Part shown: positions 1 to 8,104 of the stretch, piece after piece
Layout: every line of letters begins with the position of its first letter
Numbering within the stretch: the first letter of the stretch is position 1
Source of the DNA: Candidatus Saccharimonadota bacterium
GTDB lineage: Bacteria > Patescibacteriota > Gracilibacteria > Absconditabacterales > Absconditicoccaceae
DNA length: 32,000 nucleotides
Assembly: GCA_030429145.1 (NCBI GenBank)
Contig: JAUIDC010000001.1
Span: 810,001-842,000 of the forward strand
Direction of reading: 5' to 3'
Position numbers and translations under genes: made by a program
The notes under the pieces: generated by a model
What the model was told of the DNA's origin: nothing
The model's input: the letters and a program-made list of their open reading frames with translations, nothing else
Databases searched by the model: none

Positions 1-175
1 CCATAGGCTCTTTTTTTGCCTCTTCGACGATGTTTTTTAACTCATCTGGAGCATCAGCAAACATCTCATGGAGCTTGACCTCCCTTGCATATTTTTCTTT
101 TTCCTCTTTGAGTGTTTTCTCATCGACTACCTGAAAGTCGAACTCTTTATTTTGATCGTCTTCTTGTTGAGTCAT
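1..175 (-). CDS. hypothetical protein, N-terminal fragment (gene runs off the left edge)
   Basis: Reverse-strand ATG at 173-175 opens a frame that stays open to base 1 (MTQQEDDQNKEFDFQVVDEKTLKEEKEKYAREVKLHEMF...). It lies 22 nt downstream of the lysS stop on the same strand. No family recognised. Confidence 0.35.
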   Translation of the reverse strand, partial: MTQQEDDQNKEFDFQVVDEKTLKEEKEKYAREVKLHEMFADAPDELKNIVEEAKKEPM

Positions 176-197
176 TATAGTATAGTAGATTGGTAAA

Positions 198-1793
198 TTA
201 TTCTTCTTCTGTATTTTCTGTCTTTTCCTTTAGCATGTGTGCCGGTTTCATCATGGGGAACAATATCACATCGCGGATATTTGGTTGTTCTGTGAGGAGT
301 GCAAAAATTCTATCGATACCCATTCCTCGACCAGACTGAGGTGGCATACCGTATTCCATAGCTTGGACAAATTCTGGGTCTCCTGCAGTCGCTTCTTCGT
401 CGCCTGCTTCTAGGGCTGCAGCTTGGGCATCAAAATTTTTCTGCTGCTCCACTGGGTCAACGAGCTCTGAGTAGGCTTTGATAACCTCTCGACCATTGAT
501 AAGAAGCTGCCACTGCTCTACGATATTTTTATCATAATCATTGGTACGCGCCAAAGGTTGCATGAGCTGTGGATAGTTGACGATAAATGCAGGACCAACT
601 ATCTTCGGTCTGGTTACTTTCTTGTAGAGGTAGTCAATCATCGTAACAAGGCCTTGTTTATCGATGCCTTCCCATGTATATCCTGCTTTTTTGACGTCTG
701 CTCTGAGCTTTTCGTCGTCTCCTTCCTGATAAGATCCAACATCAATGCCTGAATCTTTTTTGATTTGATCGACATAATTGATACGCTGTCGTGGGGTTTT
801 AAATGAAACCTCTTTTGTGACTCCTTGTTTGTCAGTAACATTGATCGTTTGTTGTAGTTCAGGGATCTTTTTGAAAATATAGTCAAACATCTCCTCGGTA
901 AATTTCATGTTATCCTCATGATTTCGATATGCTGCATAGTGCTCGATCATCGTAAATTCTTGGTGATGACTTGGGTCTGAGCCTTCATTGCGAAAGTCTT
1001 TTGCTACCTCAAAAACCTTTTCAAGCATACCAACGGTAGCTTTCTTAAGATTTGTCTCGGGTGAGATTCTCAGATACATGTCCATATCAAAGTCGTTGTG
1101 GTGTGTCACAAATGGACGCGCTGCCGCACCAGATGCTGCATTGCCAAGTACTGGCGTCTCTATTTCGGTGAAACCTCTCTCTCGGTAAAACTCTCTGATC
1201 ACCTTGAGAAACTTTGAGCGGAGCTTCATCCTCTCGAGGCTCTCTTTATTGAATATCATATCGAGATATCTGTGTCTGTATGCTCTCTCTTGGTCTTCTC
1301 CGATGCCGTGAAATTTGTCTCCAAGTGGTTGGATCGCTTTCGCCAAGAATGTATAGTTAGTTACGAACAGGGTTAATTCCCCTTTATGCGTCAAAAATAA
1401 CTCTCCTTCTACACCGATAAAATCACCAACATCGACCAACTTATCAATTAACTTATAGGCTGTCATATCTTCTATTTCACTTACGGCTTCGCCGTCCTTC
1501 ACAATATGTGTCGCTTCCCTGTGGAACATAAGCTGAATTTCTCCACTTTCGTCAAGGAGTCTTCCGAATGACAATTTTCCATGAGAACGGAAAAGCGTTA
1601 GTCTTCCAGCCGTTTTATACTCATTTTTGGGTGAAGGGATAATCTCTTCTACATCACGAAATTCCTCTTCTTTTTTTGTCAGAAGATCTTGTATCATAGA
1701 GGTCTTATCGTACTTTGGTGCGTAGGGATTGATTCCCATCTCACGTAGTTTCTCTGCTTTCTGTTTTCTTACCTCGTACTCTGAAAGTGTCAT
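198..1793 (-). CDS. lysS: lysine--tRNA ligase (class II)
   Basis: Uninterrupted 531-aa ORF with the class II LysRS layout: OB-fold region (GRLTLFRSHGKLSFGRLLDESGEIQL), motif 2 region (FRNEGSDPSHHQEFTMIE), motif 3 region (GMGIDRIFALL). ATG 1791-1793, TAA 198-200. Confidence 0.95.
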   Translation of the reverse strand: MTLSEYEVRKQKAEKLREMGINPYAPKYDKTSMIQDLLTKKEEEFRDVEEIIPSPKNEYKTAGRLTLFRSHGKLSFGRLLDESGEIQLMFHREATHIVKDGEAVSEIEDMTAYKLIDKLVDVGDFIGVEGELFLTHKGELTLFVTNYTFLAKAIQPLGDKFHGIGEDQERAYRHRYLDMIFNKESLERMKLRSKFLKVIREFYRERGFTEIETPVLGNAASGAAARPFVTHHNDFDMDMYLRISPETNLKKATVGMLEKVFEVAKDFRNEGSDPSHHQEFTMIEHYAAYRNHEDNMKFTEEMFDYIFKKIPELQQTINVTDKQGVTKEVSFKTPRQRINYVDQIKKDSGIDVGSYQEGDDEKLRADVKKAGYTWEGIDKQGLVTMIDYLYKKVTRPKIVGPAFIVNYPQLMQPLARTNDYDKNIVEQWQLLINGREVIKAYSELVDPVEQQKNFDAQAAALEAGDEEATAGDPEFVQAMEYGMPPQSGRGMGIDRIFALLTEQPNIRDVILFPMMKPAHMLKEKTENTEEE

Positions 1794-1873
1794 TCCTATA
1801 GTGAAATAATGTCAATAAATCTTTCTACATATATAGAAATTCCGCGTTTTTGCAATGAAAAAAGGCTGCATGA

Positions 1874-2260
1874 TTATGCAACCTTAACTCTCTTGAGAGA
1901 TTTCTTTTTCCTTTTGGGTAATAATGAATTTTGGATACCAATGATCTCATCTGTTTTGGGGAGTATTTTACATGGATATGAGCTTATGGATGAGCTAACA
2001 ATAGGAAATGCTATGATCTCCGTTCGTGTCATGCCATCAGCTTTAGCCAATGTGATGATGAGTTGAGGGATGCTGGTCTTCCTGTCATACTTATCATCGA
2101 GCTCTATATACAGTAGAGAAGCGTATTCAGGAAATATTCCATAACGCATACGTATAAATTCTTGTATCCCAACCATCTTCACAAAAGGAAAGAGGTATAA
2201 TATGGCGATTACCATATATTGATCTCTCCGCAGGTCTGCGATCTGTAAGGGTCTACTCAT
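1874..2260 (-). CDS. hypothetical protein
   Basis: The track ORF 1874..2359 is trimmed to the internal ATG at 2258-2260 (MSRPLQIADLRRDQY...), ending at TAA 1874-1876. Lys-rich C-terminal tail. The overlapping + strand ORF 1809..2066 has poorer composition. No family recognised and the start is uncertain. Confidence 0.45.
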   Translation of the reverse strand: MSRPLQIADLRRDQYMVIAILYLFPFVKMVGIQEFIRMRYGIFPEYASLLYIELDDKYDRKTSIPQLIITLAKADGMTRTEIIAFPIVSSSISSYPCKILPKTDEIIGIQNSLLPKRKKKSLKRVKVA

Positions 2261-2532
2261 CTTATTCCTTTTTTGTTTATCTATTTCGAAGATTATCAAA
2301 ACTGGATAAGGTTGCAATGAAATTTTATATATAAAGAAACCCGACCTATGTAATAACATAAGCCGGGTGTATGTAAGCTATTATCGCTATAGTGTGGCGG
2401 GCTCCTCCGTTGCCCGCCCTTGATATAGAGATCAGTAACGCCAGATCAAACTCGGAGGGTGTTTGCAGGTGTTACCTAGCTTTCAATTGAAAGGACGTTC
2501 ATTATAGAAATCTTGCTATCGAATGCAAGAGT

Positions 2533-3491
2533 TATTCGGAAAGCATAAATGTTTTGTATGTCACATCCTCCTTGGGAGCTGCTTTTCCATCTACAATATA
2601 TCTGCGGAATCGGGTTCTTTGTTTTTTAGCGAAGTAATGAGTGTTTCTTTTCATCTCTTCTTCGAGTTTGTCTTTGTTGTACTTTCATTCAAGATAGAGA
2701 ATGGTTTCCTTATATCCGATTCCGTTCATAGACTGATGCTGCAGGTTGTAACCTTGGTCTAGTAGTCGCTGAACCTCTTCGATAAGTCCTGTCTGCAGCA
2801 TCTCCTTAATGCGCGAATTGATACGTCTGTTCGTATCCTCTTTTTCGCGCCATAGTCCAAGCATCAGTAAAGGCTGCTTCACTGGTTGCTCCTTAGCTAC
2901 TTCTGTTTTTGTCACTCATATTTTCTCAAAAATCTCTAATGCACGAACGATATATCTCGTGCTGTTCGGGTGATGTTTAGCTGCCTCTTCAGGATCTACT
3001 TTATGGAGTCTTTTCCAGAGTACTCCAGGTTCTTTTTCTTCTAGAGCATATCGTTCTTCACGAAGAGGAAAATCTGGCTCCACTTCAGGCATAGCAAAGT
3101 TCTTATAGAGTGTATCTACATACAGTCACGTTCCGCCAACGATAAATGGTAGTTTTTCTCTTGTCTGTATATCTGTAATGATCTGCTCCGTATCGCTTTT
3201 CCACTGTCCTGCGGTATAGAACTCATCTGGATCAACGATGTCTATCTGGTGATGAGGAATCTTTTCACGAATCTCTTTGCTCACCTTATCGGTCCCAATA
3301 TCCATATAACGAAAAATCTGACGTGAATCTGATGAGATCACTTCTAGTGGAAAATTATCTGCTAACAGAATAGAAAGCTTGCTCTTTCCTGTCGCAGTTG
3401 CTCATCGGATCACTACTGCTCCATCCGGATTCTGTTCATAAAATCTTTCTATCTCTTCTTTCGCTTGTGGCTGGATATCAGTAACTTCCAT
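2533..3491 (-). CDS. miaA: tRNA dimethylallyltransferase
   Basis: Standard-code fragments (2685..2915, 3126..3341 and unlisted pieces) join in one frame through 4 in-frame TGA (3402-3404, 3126-3128, 2916-2918, 2685-2687). Motifs: P-loop VVIR[G]ATATGKS, SDSRQIFRYMDIGTDK, PFIVGGT[G]LYVDTL, THYFAKKQRTRFR. ATG 3489-3491, TAA 2533-2535, 319 codons. Confidence 0.9.
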
Positions 3492-4016
3492 CTATTCTTG
3501 TAATGATTGAACTAAATCATCTTTATTTACCATCATTTGTATCTCGTGCGGTGAAAGCAATTCTCAGTATTTTTTAAAGTACAACAACTTTACTTTTTTT
3601 TCGGGAGATAGTTCATTTTCGTCTAGATAGATATAATCTTCCATTACACTCCAAAAATATGAAGCTTTATTGCATTCAGCCGGGTCATCTTTTGCTCTAC
3701 ATATATCAAAGTATGTGCTAATAAGCTTGTTGCCTCCATGACGAAGACGACGGTTGAACCTAGCTAATATTCTATCATGTCCCTCATTATCTCGATGCTT
3801 CACAAAATAATCAACAATCCTAAATATTAATGGTATCGCTTTGCCCCGTTCTTCATACTTCCAACACTCCATTACTATATCGATTAGCATTAGCTCTCAC
3901 TTATCCTTATGTTTTTCTAGGAGCTCTGGAAATGCATGTTCAAAAAGCACATCAGCCGGCATTTGACTGACGTGCGTGTATTCTCGATCGTCGTGGTGTT
4001 GAGGGACTGAGTTCAT
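3492..4016 (-). CDS. hypothetical protein
   Basis: Track ORF 3564..3890 extends both ways through 2 in-frame TGA to ATG 4014-4016 and TAG 3492-3494 (174 aa, MNSVPQHHDDREYTHVSQMPADVLFEHAF...). It fills the gap between the sod stop and the miaA start exactly. No family recognised. Confidence 0.55.
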
Positions 4017-4619
4017 CTAGAACTTGCTAGTAAAATTTTCTTCTACTTGATCTCGGTTGATAAGATTCCAAAAGCTTTCTATGTAGTCAGGTCTTTTGTT
4101 CTGATGCTTGAGATAGTAAGCGTGCTCCCAGACGTCAATACCGAGAACTGCTCTGTCTCCATTCATAAGCGGATTGTTTTGGTTTGGTGTTGTAACGATC
4201 TCGAGGTCATCGTGTTTCTTGATAACCCATGCCCATCCTGAGCCAAAAACGCCAGCAGCTACATCAGCAAAAGTTTTCTTAAATGCATCCATGCCACCAA
4301 ACGAACCAGCAATTACTTTTTTGAACTCCTCGCTTGGCTCTGTTTTTTCTGGAGACATAATCTTTCGAAAGAATGAGTGGTTTCGGTGTCCACCTCCATT
4401 ATTTTTTACTGCAGTACGGATGTTTTCTGGAAGAATATCAATAGACTGCAATAGTTCTTCTATAGACTTTTCTGCATAGTCGGTCCCTTCGAGGGCAGCA
4501 TTGAGCTTATTTACATAGCCCTGATGATGCTTGCTGTGATGAATTTCCATCGTCTGTGCATCTATATGCGGCTCAAGCGCATCGTATGCGTATGGCAAAT
4601 CTGGTAGTGTGAAAGTCAT
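4017..4619 (-). CDS. sodA: superoxide dismutase, Fe/Mn family
   Basis: 200-aa uninterrupted ORF with the canonical Fe/Mn SOD pattern: LPDLPYAYDALEPHIDAQTMEIHHSKHH, FGSGWAWV, DVWEHAYYL. Metal specificity (Fe or Mn) cannot be decided by eye. Confidence 0.93.
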   Translation of the reverse strand: MTFTLPDLPYAYDALEPHIDAQTMEIHHSKHHQGYVNKLNAALEGTDYAEKSIEELLQSIDILPENIRTAVKNNGGGHRNHSFFRKIMSPEKTEPSEEFKKVIAGSFGGMDAFKKTFADVAAGVFGSGWAWVIKKHDDLEIVTTPNQNNPLMNGDRAVLGIDVWEHAYYLKHQNKRPDYIESFWNLINRDQVEENFTSKF

Positions 4620-4686
4620 GATACTTCTATTTACTAATAAAAATATATCTAAACGTTATCGACGCCTTCTTCTTTTTCAAGCTTTT

Positions 4687-5457
4687 TTACTGAATACCCG
4701 CTAATATTTCATATCCATTATCAGTTATCAATAATGTGTACTCCCATTGACATCCAATATCTCCGTGTGCAGTATAGAGATTTCGATTGTTAATTTGAGG
4801 TTTTTCGGTGTAGTCCGTCGATGTGATAGCCGTAATAGGTTCTACAGCGATGATAAGGTTTTTTTCCAGTATAGTTTTTTTTGCCTCGGGATTTGGATAA
4901 TTGTAGATAGTTGGTCCTTCGTGTACGTACTTCCCTGTCCCATGTCCGGTGAGAGGTTTAATAATATTGTACCCTTTTTGCGTGATGTAGTGAGCAATAG
5001 CGTACGACCGATCATAGACTGCTCTTCCTGGGCCAATATAGCGAAGACATTCGTCGAGACCCTCTTTCGTAGCTTCTAAAAGTCCAGCTCCTTCTTGGTT
5101 GTTAAACTCTCCTCCGACGATAACAGTCACGGCGGCATCAGTCATAAATCCTTTGTGGGTAACTCCGAGATCTATCTTAAGAAAATCACCATTTTTGAGA
5201 ATATAGTCGTCTGGTATCCCGTGTACGACACAATCGTTCACTGAAAGACAGAGATTGGCAGGATAGCCATTGAACCCCTTGAAAGAACCTTTGAGGTTAT
5301 GTTTCTTAAGAAATTGGCTTGCGATCTCTTCGAGCTCGAGGAGGCTGACTCCTGCCTTTGCTTCTCAGCGTAAAATACCCAGCAGCTCATTGTGATACTT
5401 CCCTGCTTCTCTAATCAGTTCAATCTGTGCGTCTGTTTTTGTAAATGCTTTTTTCAT
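4687..5457 (-). CDS. map: methionine aminopeptidase, type I
   Basis: Fragments 4687..5241 and 5365..5568 share one frame, joined through TGA 5365-5367 (GILR[G]EAKAG). MetAP pattern: CLSVNDCVVHGIP, DLGVTHKGFMTDAAVT, TGHGTGKYVHEGP, AVEP, QWEYTLLIT. Start taken at MKKAFTK (ATG 5455-5457); an alternative ATG lies at 5467-5469. Confidence 0.9.
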
Positions 5458-5483
5458 CTTTCTTACCATAATATCATTAAATA

Positions 5484-5906
5484 CTATTTTCCTGACGATC
5501 ATCGTGCTCACTCTCCTCTTGCTGTTCCTTCGAGCGATTCGACCTCTTCCCAGTCTACCTGAGCACATGTTTCTATAATAAACTGTGCAATACGATCTCC
5601 AGTTTTGACCTCATATGGCTCTTCTCCGAAGTTGATCAGGATAATACCAATATCTCCTGTATAACTACGATCGACGACTCATGCAAGTACGTCTATGCCG
5701 TACTTATATGCAAGGCCAGAACGAGGTGCAACACGACCATAATACCCTTCGGGCATGAGACAGGCAATATTAGTCTGAAAGAGATGTCTTTCTCCGGGCT
5801 GTAGTGTATAGTCTTCTGTAGCGTGCAAATCATATGCAGCATCAAATCTATGCGCCTGAGAAGGAGTAAGTGCCTTATCTGTCAGTTTCACAAATTGTAT
5901 CTTCAT
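5484..5906 (-). CDS. dut: dUTP diphosphatase
   Basis: Track ORF 5679..5942 continues through 3 in-frame TGA to TAG 5484-5486. dUTPase motifs: AAYDLHA, GRVAPRSGLA, LA[G]VVDRSYTGDIGIILIN, GDRIAQFII, C-terminal TARGE[G]AR[G]SSGK. Start at MKIQFVKL (ATG 5904-5906). Confidence 0.9.
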
Positions 5907-6022
5907 GGAAACTACTATAGCGGTTTGACCATGAAAAAGCAACCGTTATTTTCGAGGAAAGATGCCTTTATAGAGCCATTTTCTCTCAAAAATGCCTTTT
6001 GAGTGAAAAACCCATGAGAAAT

Positions 6023-6051
6023 TTGACAAAATATGATTTTTATGATATAAT
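6023..6051 (+). promoter_or_regulatory. consensus sigma-70-type promoter
   Basis: TTGACA (6023-6028), 17-nt spacer, TATAAT (6046-6051). It sits 34 nt upstream of the ATG at 6085. Confidence 0.55.
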
Positions 6052-6084
6052 AGATATGTTAATTTATCCTGTAAATACAAACAA

Positions 6085-6228
6085 ATGAGTAAATTGCTTA
6101 CGTATTTCCATACACAGACTCCGCATAAGGATCGTTTGCTCCTCGCTTGTCTGTTCGCTGTACTTGCGTTCAGCATCATTATGGACCTCGTTATCATCGT
6201 GGAACTCAATCTTGCACTCCTTTCGTAA
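6085..6228 (+). CDS. small hydrophobic peptide (47 aa, one predicted TM helix)
   Basis: ATG 6085 to TAA 6226-6228: MSKLLTYFHTQTPHKDRLLLACLFAVLAFSIIMDLVIIVELNLALLS. Too short for the track. Bracketed by a consensus promoter and a hairpin plus T-run. Confidence 0.4.
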   Translation: MSKLLTYFHTQTPHKDRLLLACLFAVLAFSIIMDLVIIVELNLALLS

Positions 6229-6266
6229 TTATATACTCAACTGCCGGCAGTATATTTTTATAGGAT

Positions 6267-6290
6267 AACTCCTCTCTTGGGGAGTTTTTC
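6267..6290 (+). terminator. rho-independent terminator candidate
   Basis: AACTCC (6267-6272), loop, GGAGTT (6281-6286), followed by TTTC. Located about 40 nt after the small ORF stop. Confidence 0.4.
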
Positions 6291-6363
6291 GTTTGTATAA
6301 TACATTGTTTTTCAAAAAAGTATTGGTAAATAAGAGTTAATTTAATCAAACTATTGGTATACT

Positions 6364-7332
6364 ATGATAGTGAGGCAAGAAGTATTTGATACGTATTGGT
6401 ATTTTGCGGCGAAGCGTCAGGATATTTTTTTTAAGAGACGACGCAATGCTCCTCAACCACGAACAGATGATCCTATCTTGCGTGAATATAAGTTTTGTAA
6501 TGTGTATAGATCCGCTGACAGAGTCTCTCAATATTTGATACGTAATGTTATCTATCCTGATAGGGCTTATTCAGCAGATGACACTATTTTTAGAATCATA
6601 CTATTTAAAATTTTCAATAAGATAGAGACACGAAAGTTTTTAGAAAATGAGTTAGGAGATATCACTCTTGCGAGCTATGATTTTGAACTTTTTCACACCC
6701 TCTTAGAAAAGTCGTTACAATCAGGTAGTGCAATCTATACGAGTGCGTATATGTCATGCGCAAACAAGGCTTATGGTTTTGATAAAAAACATCAGAATCA
6801 CCTTAAACTTATTGAACAGATGTTCTTTACTGATCATATTCCACAAAAAATAGCGGCATGTAAAGCTTTTGAGGAACTCTATAGCATCTTTATCTCCTAT
6901 CCTCTCTTAGGGCAGTTTATGGCCTATCAACTTGCTACTGATATCAATTATTCGGAAGTTGTAGATTTCAATGAACATAGTTTTTGTAAAGCAGGACCTG
7001 GAGCTGAAAGAGGTATCAAAAAATGCTTTGCAGACACAAAAGGAAAAAGTAATGAGTATGTTATTGAGCGAATGTATGACAATCAAGAAAAGGAGTTTGA
7101 AAGACTTGGTTTAGAGTTCCAAGATCTTTGGGGTCGTGCACTCCAGTTTATTGATTGCCAAGGATTATTTTGTGAAACTGACAAGTATTCTAGGGCAGCT
7201 TTCCCAGAACTTAAAAGCAATCGTAAGAGAATTAAAGCTCACTTTCAACCGAATAAAAATAGTATAGACTACTTCTTCCCTCCGAAATGGGGCATAAATG
7301 AGAAGATAAATCAGGACTTTATTATATCTTAG
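6364..7332 (+). CDS. putative DNA base hypermodification protein (aGPT-Pplase / 5-hmdU DNA kinase helical-domain-like family)
   Basis: Uninterrupted 322-aa ORF, so the CDS call is solid. The family call is from memory of these motifs: YWYFAAKRQDIFFKRRRNAPQPRTDDPILREYKFCNVYRSADRVSQYL at the N-terminus, and LGQFMAYQLATDINYS...AGPGAERGIKK later. No P-loop is present. It needs an HMM search. Confidence 0.55.
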   Translation: MIVRQEVFDTYWYFAAKRQDIFFKRRRNAPQPRTDDPILREYKFCNVYRSADRVSQYLIRNVIYPDRAYSADDTIFRIILFKIFNKIETRKFLENELGDITLASYDFELFHTLLEKSLQSGSAIYTSAYMSCANKAYGFDKKHQNHLKLIEQMFFTDHIPQKIAACKAFEELYSIFISYPLLGQFMAYQLATDINYSEVVDFNEHSFCKAGPGAERGIKKCFADTKGKSNEYVIERMYDNQEKEFERLGLEFQDLWGRALQFIDCQGLFCETDKYSRAAFPELKSNRKRIKAHFQPNKNSIDYFFPPKWGINEKINQDFIIS

Positions 7333-7399
7333 GATGAATTAAGTTGCATTTGTTATGTATATGAGTACATCTAGAGAAAATTTAATGACATCTTCTTTT

Positions 7400-7996
7400 A
7401 TGAAAAATAGAAAAAGACTTTCATTTACCTTGATAGAAATGCTGATAGTCATCGTGATTATCGGTATTTTAGCTGCTGCGTTAGTTCCAAGATTGGCGTC
7501 AGTGCAAGGGAGAGCAAGAGACAGTAAGCGCAAAGTAGATCTGAAAACCATCTACAATGCAAATGAAATTTATAAGGTAGATAATGGCGTGTATCCAAAG
7601 CCAAACAATCTCACAAGAACTTCGGGTGATTACAATATGGATTTTCAGATATACAGTTATAATACACAGCCATGGATTAGCGGTTTAGCGAGCTATCTTA
7701 CAACTATTCCTGTAGACCCTATCAATACGTATGAATATCTCGCTGCACAAGGACATCCCCCTCGGTACACAGGGAACTTTGTCTATCAATATAGTCGTGT
7801 ACTCAATGACTGACTTACCTATGATCTGACGACACAACTTGAAAATCGCAGTGATCCTGACAGATGTGAAGTCAAATTGTACAAATATTTCTATCTAGCG
7901 ACAGGATTTCAGCCTTATTATGGTTGTACTGGCTCTACAGCAAATCCTGCGGCTAAATATATTTACGAGTATTCACCCCACTCTGATTCATTCTAA
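7400..7996 (+). CDS. type IV pilin-like protein (prepilin-type N-terminal cleavage/methylation domain), paralog 1
   Basis: Class III signal MKNRKRLS/FTLIEMLIVIVIIGILAAALVPRL. Track ORF 7355..7813 continues through TGA 7811-7813 to TAA 7994-7996. Alternative upstream ATGs at 7355/7361/7385. It shares the N-terminal helix and the C-terminal QLEN(R/H)xDPDRC and KYIYEYSP motifs with 25112..25684. Confidence 0.8.
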
Positions 7997-8013
7997 TGAA
8001 GAGTGGTATCTAT

Positions 8014-8035
8014 TAATATGCCTTTAATATGCCTT
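8014..8035. repeat. exact tandem direct repeat, 2 x 11 nt (TAATATGCCTT)
   Basis: TAATATGCCTT at 8014-8024 and again at 8025-8035, in the intergenic region 70-90 nt upstream of the ATG at 8105. Confidence 0.9.
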
Positions 8036-8104
8036 GAAAATGTAGGTAATTTATACAAAATTTTCTGTAAATAATTTTATTTTCATGTACTGTATTAATC
8101 CATC

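Noticed and set aside
2358-2367. A 10-nt match on the minus strand (CCCGGCTTAT, in the context ACATACACCCGGCTTATG) to the conserved 3' P4 strand of bacterial RNase P RNA.
   Set aside because: There is no partner GAGGAAAGTCCGG element anywhere upstream. Only about 190 nt of non-coding space lies before the well-supported miaA C-terminus, too little for rnpB. I treat it as a chance match.
5946-6209. An 87-aa minus-strand ORF in the dut-upstream region.
   Set aside because: It overlaps a perfect + strand promoter and the small + strand ORF, has an implausible composition, and has no start context. It is most likely spurious.
8014-8035. Checked whether this or any other short repeat, including the pilin gene repeats, could represent a CRISPR array or mobile-element termini.
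   Set aside because: There are only two 11-nt copies with no spacers. The pilin similarity is protein-coding paralogy. No transposase, integrase, cas gene or long inverted repeat was seen anywhere in the window.
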